The translations under genes were made by a program, and so were the position numbers. Below the pieces are notes generated by a model. That model ran no database searches. It saw only the letters and a list, made by a program, of their open reading frames with translations, and was not told the DNA's origin. From Takakia lepidozioides (taxonomy: Eukaryota; Plantae; Bryophyta), in assembly GCA_030704615.1 (NCBI GenBank), contig CM060731.1:56482001-56546000 (forward strand): DNA of 64,000 nt, read 5' to 3'. Shown one piece after another: positions 1 to 12,500 of this stretch. How positions within the stretch are numbered: position 1 is the first letter of the stretch; each line of letters begins with the position of its first letter.

Positions 1-953
1 CCCTACCTTTATTCAATCCATTGGACTCACACCGATAAGGATATGCTGCTGGACCTTACCTTATAAGTCGATGAACCCTGAGCCTCCTCTTACCATCCCA
101 CTCCATCTCTGGCTCGCTAGTAACACATTTGTCTGGATTCTTGGAAGACCGCTGGCAGAGTTAGACCTGGACCCCCAGGAGTGGTCATGGAGATTTAAAA
201 CCAGCCTGACCCATTCTTCGCATACACAACTAAGAAGGCCTACAAAGTCCTCTCCTCTACTCAACCAATGAAAGCCAAATGGAAAAACAGATGAGGGTTT
301 CATGGATTCAATAACGAAAACTGGGCTGTGATATGGAGTTCTATCTGGATCAAAACTAGACCTGCTAAGATAGTTACGTTTCTCTGGCAGCTGGCCAATC
401 GTGTGCTGAAGACTGGAGAATGGCTTCAATTTCATGCTGCTATGCCTTGTGCCTACTGTTCTACTGCTGTTATAGAATCCATTGAGCAATGTTTGCTTTC
501 TTGTCAGGCCCCAGCTTGAGTTTGGCTATTGATTAAAGCTTTCTATTAGTACTGGAACCCTAGACCTCTCTCAACTACTGATCTGCTGCTAAACTATGAC
601 CCAGCTAGTCCAGATCTGTCAGTTTGTCCTGTTTTTTGAGACCTTGAGAGCTTCGACATTGTGGCATCTATGGAAAATACGTTGTAAGAATACTTTTACA
701 AGGCAGACTACAACGATATCATCCCTTCTATCTAAAGTTTTCTACGATTTGCAAACAAAGGCCAGAAAGGCGTGGACAAAAACTTGTGCAAATATTGATC
801 GAAACTCCGCAAGCGTAGAAGCCATCCATGCCTCTTTCCAAAACTCCTGGGGGCGCCAGGGTTTCATATGCTACAACCCTAGGCAGGACCGTGGCAAGAC
901 TTCTGTCTCTGGACCGAGCTCCCTCCCACAGCCTGACGAGATCACCGTGCCCT
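1..953 (+). mobile_element. L1-clade LINE ORF2 C-terminal fragment (zf-RVT region), degenerate
   Basis: Translations IWSSIWIKTRPAKIVTFLWQLANRVL...CAYCSTAVIESIEQCLLSC and LWHLWKIRC match the plant L1 zf-RVT/C-terminal pattern; stops and frameshifts present; runs off the window start. Confidence 0.85.
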
Positions 954-3900
954 CTTGACCAAAGCTCTCTTATCCGTTGAGGATGGAGTTGCACCCCCAA
1001 ATAAAATTCCTCATCAATGATTTAACTTTCTTAATAATCAGTGCTCCAGGCGACCACACCGAGGCTAGGAACCACAAGGAGGCCAGAAGGACTTGATTAA
1101 CAATCAAAGCTCTTCCAATGACAGAAAGATGTAGGGAACACCAATAAGAGAGCTTCTTTTTCAGCTTGGAGAGGACAACAGCAAACCTGATCTCATCATT
1201 CAAATCAGCGCCAACCAACTGACCCAACAGCTCATGTGATTCTCCATCCAAGAGCCGTCGCAAGCCAAGCTCAATTCCCCACGGGGCAATGTGAGAAGCT
1301 GCAATGGGATCTGACAGTTGACTCAACAAGCCGACAAACTTTCCCCAATTAATTTTAAGACCATAGGCTGCACAGAAGGATTTCAACGAACTGAGAGCAG
1401 CATTGACATTGGAAAGAGAGGAATTGTTGATAAACAATGAGGTATCATCGGCATAAAGAGAAGATTTTATGGAGGAAGTAGGGGAGATATCAAGAGAGTT
1501 ATAACCAAGCCCAACGAATTATCTTGTCTCTTATCCATCAAGTGGCCTAGACCATCCGCAGCTATCAGAAATAAAAAGGGAGCCAGTGGGCATCCATGTC
1601 TAACAGATTTGGATAGGGGGAAGGCTTTAGAGATCACACCATTAATCAAGACTCTGCTAGAGGCTGAAGATAGCAGAATACGAATCCACTTCAGGAAGTT
1701 CCCATTAATACCAGCCGCTTCCAAAGCACCCCACAAGTAGCACCAATTGATGTTATCAAAAGCTTTTTCAAAATCTAACATGAGGAGGGCCAACGGTTGG
1801 TTATCAGATCGAGCAAGATGCATCACCTCATTGGTCAAGAGTATGTTATCTAGAATCATTCTCTTTTTCAAGAAACCTGATTGTTCTGGCCTAATCAACT
1901 TGGACAACAAAGGTTGAAGACGCCTCGCTAGAGCCTTGGCTATGATTTTGTAGGTAGAGTTTAACATGGTGATCGGCCTGCAGTTAGACAACAAATCACG
2001 ATCCCCTTTTTTGAACACCGGGGTGATGACTCCATGTGATAACTGCGAGGACATTATCCCTTTGTCCAAAATATCATTGGCCATTTTCAAGGAGTCACCA
2101 ACCACCCCCCATAGGGCAATGAAAAATTCAATTGGCAAACCATCCAAACCAAGAGTCTTCATCACACTTAGGGCTTCAGCAGCCTCTAAAAGTTCCAAGT
2201 CTGAGAAAGGGGCAGACAAACCGATCTACTCAGCTGAAGAAAGAATTTTGGGAAAGGAATGAAGAACCTCAGATCTTGATTCTAAGTGAAGAGAGTCCTC
2301 AACACTTGAAGAGAAGAGCTTAGCAAAATGCATAGCGGCTGCAACGGCCATTTCCTTTGGCAATCAGTCATGACCTACAGCTAGTGTATCATGGGGGTGT
2401 TTCCTATTTGTACTCCTTCCTGGAGATGGAACAACCATTGGAATCTGTAATGGAATGGAGATGAGTAGCCTCCCTTCTTTGCTTTGCCTTCTGGAAAAAA
2501 TAACCAGTCATTTTTTCACCCTTCAATGATCAGTTCACCCCGGCCCTTATGCGCAGGAATTTTTCTTTTTCAGCATCAACCTCAGCCAGGTTCCTTTTGG
2601 CAACAAGATATGACTCCATTGTCACCACACCATGACTCCCTTCTTCAATCCTCCTTTGACAGTGAGCCAAGCATTTAGTGAGAGCTTTATGCCGTTGAGC
2701 TCTTTCAAGAGCAATAGAGCGAGAGAGGGATTGCGCCAACCTCATAGTGGCCTGAAGCTTATGAAGGAAAGATATAGATGGGGACTGGAATCCAGAGCCA
2801 GCAGCGGTCCATTCGCTTTTCAACTGCTGCAAACATTCCACCCCTTCAAAATGCCAGGGTTTAGTTTGGAATAGCCTCGGCCTCAGGAGGTCTGAATTCA
2901 GCAGATACCACTGCATGGTCAAAGTCTGCAAGGATGGGGGTCCAAGACATACCTCTAGCCCAAGACAGAGGGGAATGAGAACAGTAAACCCGGTCCAGAC
3001 GGGCCATACACAAATTTGGTAGAGCTCTCAGATTGGACCATGTGAATCTCAATCCTTGAGAGGATTCTGAGTAAATGTCCACCAAACCCACTGAAAAGCA
3101 AAGCATGTCCCATGTCACTTGTTCCACATCAGATAATGATTGAGAGGCATGCACCAACCTATCATTGAAATTATCAACCATATTGAAATCGCCAACAAGT
3201 GTCCAATTCAAGATATCAGGGAAACTTGTGATCTTATCTTTGATTATGTCCCAAAGAGCAGCCTGATCTAGGGATAGGTTGGGTGCGTAGACGTTGATAA
3301 AGGTTGCCTGGCCAAAAGGGGAGGAGGGTTCCGTGAAGAGGCATTGGACACGGCCCTGGACCCAGGTCTGCACACTTTTTATTGAAGTAGCCAACGATGG
3401 GGATGCCAAAATCGTTGTCCCCCCCCCCACGGGAGGAGGAGATAGTGGGGTTCCACCAGGACACCTGTGGTGGCCAGAAGCTATTTCCAATAGATCTTAT
3501 TTTGTTGTCATCTAACTTAGTCTCTTGCAGAAATATGATCGTTGAGGAGGAAAGAAAGGAAGAAGCCCAAAGTTTGACACGTCTTCTTTTAGGCATGGTG
3601 GTATTTGAACCTATACCACGAATGTTCCAAGAGTGAGGTGACCAAGTCATGTGGGAAATAGCATACAGCCCGTAGAGAAGGCTCCACGATTTGATGGCTG
3701 AAGGAGCATAACAACAAATAAATGAAGATGGAGGAAGGGAAGCTGGAGGTTTGGACTAGACAGCCAATTACATAAACTGAACTTGCCATCCTCCCAGCAG
3801 CAGGTACAAGTCTCAGACTTATGTCGTATCAACTACCATTTAGCAGAAAAGGCCTTACCAATGAAAGAGAGATCACATCCTCTGTCATATCCCAAAGACT

Positions 3901-4108
3901 GCCAGTCCATGACACTAATGATCCTTATACACACCAAGTGATCCTCAACAAGGAGATTGAGAACAGAGGAGAAGAGAAGGAGAGGGGCTTGAGAGCAGGA
4001 GTGAGGGATTGAGCTCACCGGAGGCGTGGAAGTGATAGCAAGGTCCATCAACGTGAAAAACTTGTCTGTTGATGGGGGATCATCCTCGGAGGCATGTTCC
4101 GTTGTAGC
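954..4108 (-). mobile_element. L1-clade LINE, inverted 5' segment (ORF1 C-terminus, APE endonuclease, RT), degenerate
   Basis: SWNIRG, FLQETK, INVYAPN, GDFN, RLDRVY and DH endonuclease motifs (2861-3650); RPITMLNSTYKIIAK, LDFEKAFD, GCPLAPFLF and YADD (~1444-1455) RT motifs. Confidence 0.92.
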
Positions 4109-5190
4109 TGGGAACAACTTTGTCAGAGTAAGAAGAATGGGGGGCTGGGGGTGCTTGATCCTCAATCGCAGATTACTGCGTTGCTTGCTAAGTGGGTTCC
4201 CCGTTCGCTGACCCACCTATCCAGCCCTTGGAGCAGGCTGGTTAGGCAACATCTTTTGGCAGCGACACCAAGTACTAGTGACAAGTGGTCTCACTCGTTA
4301 AGATGGATTGTGCGAGGTGGCAAGCTCAATGCAAATCCAAGGTTGGGATCCCGAGCCTGGCAATCAATTTGGATGGCGTGGTGTAAGATGCGTCCATTCC
4401 TGGTTCAACTAAGCCCCTCTTCCTTCAGTGAGGTGTTGAGGCAACCCCTCTTTGGGAACTACAACCAAGATTCTGAATTGCTAGTTACTTGTACTAAGAG
4501 ATGGGCAGAGTGGGAAGCTGCTGGTTTGGCTCATGTCCTGCATTATTGGGATGCTACCTCGGATTAACGGCAAATTCTGCTGCTCAACAGCTCTCTGTTA
4601 GGAGGGTTAACCTTGGGTGGGAATCGGTGATAGAGGATCTACCTGCCCGTTGGACTAGCCTGTTGAGTGAGCCACACCTTTTAAAAGTGCCTGGCTGGTT
4701 AGGGTATTTCCATGATAAGCAGGCTAGAGCTTTGTATGTTGTTTCAAAAGACAAAGATACATTGTTCGGCACTGGTTTCTTCGTCAGCAAGGAGGGCACC
4801 CTTTATTCCCCGGTGTCTGTGAATATTTCTTCCTCCGTGGAATGCTTCGACATTAGAGTATTCTGTTTGTTCACTGGTAACCCAAATCCAATCCCTCCTA
4901 TGCAGTTGAACCAGTATATGGATTCCTTCTGCTGGTTTTTATCTGCCCCTTTGAAGCTGCTACAGTTTGACCCTGACGAATGGGTGTGGATGAATAAAAA
5001 ACATGACCTTTTTCTCAATTACTCGGTCAAGATGGGGTATAAGTTGTTGGTGCCTAAGAGAGGCTTTGATCGAAACTGGTTTGAAAAATGACAGCATTTA
5101 CCCGGTCGCCCAGTTTCTTGGAAGGCGGTCTGGGCTGATGTCTGGAAGAAGCATAGAGCAACCAAAGTGATGGCTTTTCTATGGAAGGTT
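4109..5190 (+). mobile_element. L1-clade LINE ORF2 post-RT segment, continuation of the inverted 954-4108 segment, 3'-truncated
   Basis: WEQLCQSKKNGGLG...YSVKMGY...WKAVW...KVMAFLWK; begins where the minus-strand segment stops (KRALVK|WEQLC). Confidence 0.85.
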
Positions 5191-6254
5191 GTAAAATTTA
5201 TTTCGTTTTTGTCTTTATGTTCTCCCATTCAGCCTCCACCTTCGGCAGCCAAAGGTGGCGTGTCAGTACAATCCCCTGTCATTTTTCATTATTGTTTCTC
5301 ACAAATCCAAGCATACAATTACGGTAGCTGATAGACGATAGAGACTCAGTTAACTGCATATGTTGGCTACGATATAGCCATCATGACATTATATGTGATG
5401 ACTACAATATATATGTTATAATATCAATATTGATAATAATATGATATAATATATTTAAATACAATATTCCACACCCAACACCCTATAGATATCATATATA
5501 TCTACATATAGCCAACAGTCATCTATAACTGGTGGACCTTTGCTAGATAGCTGATAGAATAGCAAATCCCGATAAGATCGTTATAGCCTTTGTTTGTTGA
5601 GCTTAAAATAATGAATAAATAAAAATATTACCTAATGTAATAAATAAATAAATATTTATTATCACAATAGTCCGATCTTATTTACTGGAACCTATTTTCA
5701 TGTTTGGATTTTCTTCTTCTTTTCAGTGTAGTATGATGCATGTGGGGCTTCAAGCATGCATACATACCCGTAGACATACCACCCCAGTACATGAATTCAG
5801 TTTCAGACCTACTCCTACTTGGAATTTGGGTATGTCCCACATGACAATATTCATACCGGCCACCTACCCTATCAACGCCATTGTGGATATACATTGGGCC
5901 CTACCAGCTTGGGTTTAGAGGTCCATTAGGCATATCAGAACCAATCGGATATGTCGAAATGGACAAACCACTACAACACATCGTAGTAACCCTGAGAACG
6001 GTGCAAGCCCATTAAGCAACCAAAGTAGGGGGAAATACTATAACCAAAAGGAATTTCCACTTAGCCACATTGTCGAGGGTCGAGTGGGGGAGCAAGGGGG
6101 ACCGTTATATCTTGGCGAGCAGTCGAAGCTCTGAGTTGGCCCAACGGCCAGTTTGGGAGTTAGGCAGACGCATCAAAACGAATAACTATGACTTAAAGAA
6201 GAGTTTACTGAAGTGAGGTGCGCGATATTATATATAAGGTCTTCTAGGTTTATT

Positions 6255-7070
6255 ATATACACATAAATGATCTATATAATAATAGGAGGTACATATAAAA
6301 AAAAAAATTCAATTGTTAAGTCTTATATACCATAATTTAATATGATTTATCACATCCCTCCGATTTCCAAATGAAAATATTGTATTGCAAATCTAATAAT
6401 ACAAAACATTCTAAGCTTTACAAATACAATATTTCAAACATTTGTAAATGGCATATTGTCATTCGAAATGAATTTTTTCGTGATGTTCATTGTCCGTATA
6501 AAGAGATAGATTACTTACAGATGTGCACATCATTTACGAATCCAAAAACCTATGTTAATATCATGTTAGAAAGATATCAAGATATTTATATAATCTTCTT
6601 GGTTTTTGGAGATACACCTAAATGATCTATATAATAATAGGAGGTACAAAAATAAATATTGAATTATGAAATCTTGTCTGCATTTAAAGATGATGTTATA
6701 CAATTAATTTGATCTGTCACATCCTTTTTTTTTTTTCTTTTTTTCCCAAGAACATGGGGATTGTAGCCCTGTAAATTTATTAAAAAGGGGTAAGGAAAAA
6801 ATAACCTTACAGGTAGCCATAAGGCAGATTACTGAGGTACCACTCCGAGCCAAAAGTCCAGATGATCGAGAAAGAAGAGAACAAAGCTAAGTTGAGGAGC
6901 CATCAAGATCGCTTCCTAACCAAGCTTATGGGGAACCGAGTAAGGAGAAAGAGATAGAGTTGTGCGCTTCGAACCATCTGAAAAGAAGTTCATCATTGTG
7001 ATTTTCAATTAATTTTTTTTTATTGCATCTGATAATACAAAAATTCTAAGTATTACAGATAAACTAAAAA
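6255..7070. repeat. AT-rich tandem duplication (~355-bp unit), second unit interrupted by a LINE tail
   Basis: taaatgatctatataataataggaggtaca at ~6264 and ~6619; tattgc..atct.ataatacaaaa.attctaag at ~6383 and ~7021. Confidence 0.55.
6725..6995 (-). mobile_element. 5'-truncated LINE 3'UTR plus poly(A)
   Basis: Poly(T) at 6725-6744; 6750-6850 is the reverse complement of the LINE 3'UTR at ~17385-17488 (gagtggtacctc.gtaatctgccttatggct..ctgtaaggttattttttccttacc). Confidence 0.75.
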
Positions 7071-9059
7071 ATCATAGATTATACGACTATACATGTTATT
7101 AAATCCAATTATTCTTTAAATATCATTACACTATCACGTTATAATCTAACATTCTCAAAGACAATGTCTCATCGTGTTTGAGTTATTCAAATGACTTACG
7201 TACATGTATGTATGTGTACATATGTACATGTTTTTGTTTGAAAAATAACTAGGTTGTGAACTAAGTGGCGCCAACAAGGTCCGTGTCGCCAACAAGATAG
7301 GCACCACCAGGATTGGTGGTGTGTACAAGTAGGTTGATTTATTTAGGGGACGTGGTCATACGGCATTCCTTTGTGTACCAAATGCCAAGAATTTCCTCTA
7401 CGTCATGCTCCTTGACTCCTTCCGCTGGACCAACCATGTCATCATCATTTGGTTTGAAATGGCTCGTTTAAATCAACCTGGGCCTCAAAATGAACAAAGT
7501 CCAAGGCATCCATGGTCGAAGCCTCGATGTCATGAAGGACCGAAAGCTAAATAAACTGTTGCAAAAGTCCATCAATCTCATCCAACATAATGACATATAA
7601 CAACTAAAGAGGGTCCTCACAGAGAGTAGGATTTTCCTAACACTTTAACATATAATACTTTCACTCTTTTCTAGTATAAATTTTTTCAAAGTACAAAATA
7701 CATAACCATAAAAGAGACAACACATATGGAGGTAACACTTAGAGAAGGTCCACTATATCTGACAGCCCCCAAGGTTCCAGGACTACCGGCAAGGTTGTCA
7801 AGCTTGCACTATCTTTGGATAAGCATAGTAATCTCCGGATAAACTGAATGCAGAACAAGGGTTAGATAGTTCATTCCTCTTTGGGTAAATTTACAGGCCA
7901 ATATTGGTGCACCCAGCCTAAAATGCTCTATCACATTCCAAAAATCAGTGCACCATAGGGGCACATTGGTGCACCACAATTGGTGAATGCACCATGATCA
8001 GTGCTTCTACCCTAATAAACTGGTGGTATGACAATTAGTAAGGGCATTTTTCTTGTACTCAAACTGTTTGAAGGAATTGAACTAGCTCTACACCGTTTGT
8101 ACATACTCAATTTTGCTTCCCAGGGCTCGACTATCACAAAGCCCATAAGCACAAAATAGCACAATCAAGGCAGTAGTCCTCCGCAACTCCTCACACTAGG
8201 GCTTCCCCAGGGAGCCCAACCCTTAGCATCCTCCTATCATCTTATTGACCACCACCTTCTCTCTCCTCTGTAAGATCTGGGTTCCAATGAGTGAATCAAC
8301 ACCCCATCGAAAAAAGCCAGTTAACACATAGATGACTGTTTCATGAAGAGTAAATGAACAAACAAGACTACGGTCTTATTTCACAGTCTCAACTCTGTAA
8401 CAAATCATGCTTCAGCCACTGATCCGAAGGGCTTTGTCTAAAGGCAAAGCTCTGTACATTCCATTTCTGTCAAGCCTCAATAGTGCGAGTGATGCTCTCT
8501 ACCCCTCCCATGCATTGCTCTAGCTTGTAAACTGGTTTCTGCTGTAATGTCAATGCCAGCCTTAAAGACAACACCCAATACCTGATAACTAAATTTGAAT
8601 TAATGACAAGAGTGCCGCAGCTAGGTTCCAACCTGCTCCAGAAGAATAATTATCCTGTGGATAACTAAGGCCTTGAGTATGTGAAAGTCAACATTCACAG
8701 GGAACAGTCCATAATCATGTGTACATCCACGAACTGTCTTTGAAACCTGAAGCCTACCAACTTTTTCTTTCTGACGTTCTTGCCTGACATCATGTAAGAT
8801 GGCACTGCATACATCAACTATGCACACAAAACTGGGGGCACCCAGGAAGATTGGGTACCATTGCAAAGCATTCCAACTTCCACTTCCAGGCATAACCCAA
8901 GAGGAGCAGCCAACCATTCCCTTACTTCGCTGTAGAGGTCCCCTTGGCTATCCATCAGATCTACTTCCATATGACTATCTGACATTCAGCAATCTCAACT
9001 CTATAGAGAAGCTTTGAGGAGTAACACTTGTTTATGCCAGCTCCCCATGTCTCTCTCCA

Positions 9060-9245
9060 CCCTAACTGGGTGTGAGGTGGTCTATAACCACGAGGCTACG
9101 GCCGGTAGAGTCTAATGGGCCTCTTTCTACCTCTCTCTCTCCTCACAATAGTGTCTATTCCCGCTCGTTCTGCCCAAACTGGGCGTGGGGTCTACGGCCA
9201 GAAGGCTACAGAAAACTACGTCTTAAGAGTACATTCTCTCTCCCC
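9060..9245 (+). repeat. Dispersed ~70-bp motif, two adjacent copies; also at ~13250-13325 and ~14215-14258
   Basis: aactgggyg..ggtcta..gcca..aggctac....aaac...tctta.gagt.c..tctctct recurs downstream of DRG1 and in DRG1 intron 3. Confidence 0.55.
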
Positions 9246-9548
9246 CGACATGGGGCAGTGCAAGAAGTGCACCACTCTGTACTTGAGTTATGGCAGCAGC
9301 CACTCCATTCGTTCAATGTCACAATGGTTCAAATTCCAGAGACTTGGCCTCAATCAGGGACCTCTCCACAGAGGTCAAACAAGCTTGGAGTCATTTGACT
9401 GATGATTACGGACTTCCTGGGGTAGGTCTTTGGCAGTCAAGCACCACAAGTGCAGTGGTTGAAGTATTATGCATTGCAGTACCTTGGTTTAAAGGAACAG
9501 ACCGTGCCACACTTCAAAAAAGTGTCAAGCTGCTTCACGAGGCAACCA

Positions 9549-12500
9549 TCACACCTTCTTTATGATTTGTACCACATCTTCATCCTCCAACTCGTGTTCC
9601 TGGAGTCCCCATCCCCACACCTTAGTCCCTACCTTTATCTTCCCTTGCATAAATAGATATGCATGCAAGCCTACGTGTGCTTTTATGATGTTGACTGGGT
9701 GTCTGCATCTCCTGTTCAGCTCTTTCCTCTGCCTATAGCACCTATTTGCTATGCATGCATACCAGAACTTAACCATCAGACAGAACAAAACAGGGCCTAT
9801 TGAGAATACAGAGGGGGGCTTCATCAAAGAAAGGGAGCTCACCTTGCCCACCCTCTGTGGCTTATGCTTTGCACTTGAACCCCAGACTAAGGCACTGTGA
9901 ATCCAGACAAACACACCACATATTCTTCTCAGAATCTTTTACATCAAGCTCGCAAGCACTGCTTCATCTCAAATCTCAAGAACTCAACTTTAGTTTCCAG
10001 GAAATGCACCTAGAAACTATCCTCCAAGTTCCAAAACTGTGAGAATGAGGGTTAAGGGGCTTACTACTTGAACTGCTTGACCATGTCTTTGTGAATCCGT
10101 TGACAGAAGTCGTCGACAGAACATTTCTTGGCAGAGAGAATAACAGGATCTTCATAGTCTGGGCTCATACCCCGAGGCTTTGTGTAGACACGTATTAAGT
10201 CCAGATACTCCCAAATCTTCTCCAACAGGCCATCCAAGTTCCACTCCAGATGTGCACTACAGAGCCACAGTGCAAGAATATATCAGAGTCCCAGCCAACT
10301 TAAGCCTATGCAGTCAGTCCTACTGTGCCCAGGCCAGGTTGTTTTATTCATCCGAGCAAATAGAGATTCATTACCCTCTAGGCCTTCACCTCACACCTTC
10401 TCCATATTCATCCATCCTACCTTCGGTACCAACTAATGCCTTCTTGTTTCAGTTCCTCTCGTCTACCTTAGTCCTCTCAAAGTGCAGGCCATACAACTTG
10501 GAGAAGGTCAGATGTAAAAAGTTGCCAACCCCCCAATATAAAATTAGGCACAGGCAACACGCCAAGGGTTTCTGGTCCAGTCCACAGCTTTGTAATGCGT
10601 ACCTAACAGGACAGTAGTGGGGCAGCTTGTCGAGGACATGAAGCTCCTCGATGGTGATTTGGTCGATTTTGTTGATGACATAAATGCCTGGCATGTAGAT
10701 TCGGTTGCCCTCTATAACATCGATCAGGTCATCAGCAGTGGCATCAAATCGCAACGAAATGTCTGCATTATGGATTTTGTACTCTCCACATATTGCCTTT
10801 ACAGTCTCTAGATCCAAATGTGTGTTAGCAACTGTTGACGTGAAATTGATCCCCCCTTTGTCCTTCCTCCTGAAGGACATGTTTGGTGGCTCCTTGTTTA
10901 ACCTGCACACACAGCGATGTTTCCCCTCCTGTTAGTTAGGTCAAATTCAATAGAGAGAGTTTCTGAATCCATTATGTAAATTAGGTGCTGAAGACTGGGT
11001 CAGAACTCCAGGAGTCAAACTCTCACAAAACTGCATTTTAAACTACCAGACAGTACTCAGATAATTGCTGAGGTCTTTGTTGAATCTGGTTAGTTACTGG
11101 GACAGAGTCGCCAGAGTGCAGATGCATAACCCACTACAAAAGGCAGGAAATAGCCAACACATTCACAAAGCAGTTGTCACCTGATGCCAAAACCTTCAAG
11201 CTCTTTTTCAATAAGTCGCTTGTGTGTGATGGGCTTTATGGCATCCAGCACGATCAAAATGCAGTTACAGGTCCGTGCAGTACTGATCACCTGCTCAAGT
11301 CCTCCCATATCTCCACATTTGTCAAAAGGCCAACTCTCCCTCCATGTCAGCTTGTGTACTTTTAAGTGTCACCAGCATGGTGATATTTACTCTAATTACA
11401 CAAGGTAGTTTATGTTAGTGAGACTATAGAGTGCCTATCAGTGTCCTTCAATATCACAACTCATTTCCAGCCAGTGGTTCCAGTTGCAAATCAATCACAG
11501 TTTTCTATCCCTGCCATCAAGTGCACGCCATAGGAAAGGTTCACAGCTTCATAAGTACACATTTGTCCTTCGTTTTTAATCTTTATTGGTAATTGAACTT
11601 CCCAGAACTTCCCAGAACTTCCCTCTCTCTCCCTGCACACACCACCCAAAATTCTTCTACCACATAACCAATGGTGGAGTTCAGGAAACCCACCTGCCGA
11701 CCTCGACCTTTCCCATCTTTTGCTCCTTCAATGATACCAGGAAGATCCAGCAGCTGCCATGTGCATGTCATCACTCTGGTCAGTACCAACTAGTCACCTC
11801 ATAGACAGGCAATACCTCTACGTGTGTTTTGTCCAATGGCAGCAGGGTTCAGCCTTGTGCCTTTCCAACTAATCAACAGCCAACCAACTACCAATACTTT
11901 CACATGCACCTCAGCCTCTGCTATTTTAATAGAATTATCAGTGCTTAAAACTGCTTGGCCCAGTCCCCACCAGGCAATCCAGCCCAACAGGTGATGTAGA
12001 GAGAACCAAAATGCAGAACAAAGGGACTTGCAGCTAAACTCACATTTTCTGCATTACTTCGGAACCCAAAAGCATGGTTCAAATAGTATGTAGAGAGAAC
12101 TAGTAAACAAAGACTACAAAACCAGAGCGGCCATCCAATACAGTACTTACTTGGATTTTGGATCCTCGATAGCGGATGACACCAGGCACACATGTCAATG
12201 TTGTGAACTCATACGATGCCACCTGTATCCCAACAGGAGACATGCGCCATGACTACATCCAGGACTGCCTAGCAAAAAATGCACCAACCACTGACAGGCA
12301 CAATGCAAATTTCAATCCAACAGCACAAACACCACTTAAAGCACCACTTAAAGATGTATTCTTTGACACCCAAGAACCTCAGCCTCCATCTCTCTCATAC
12401 ACATGCCCATAGCACAAACACAAGCTCTCTAAATTCCTCTCTCTCATTATAAAGTTCCAAATGTTATGAACGGTCGTTTCATTTCTGTTTCTTTCATTGG

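Noticed and set aside
5682-6180. GC-richer island with short ORFs
   Set aside because: All frames checked are interrupted and no motif is recognisable; a call cannot be supported.
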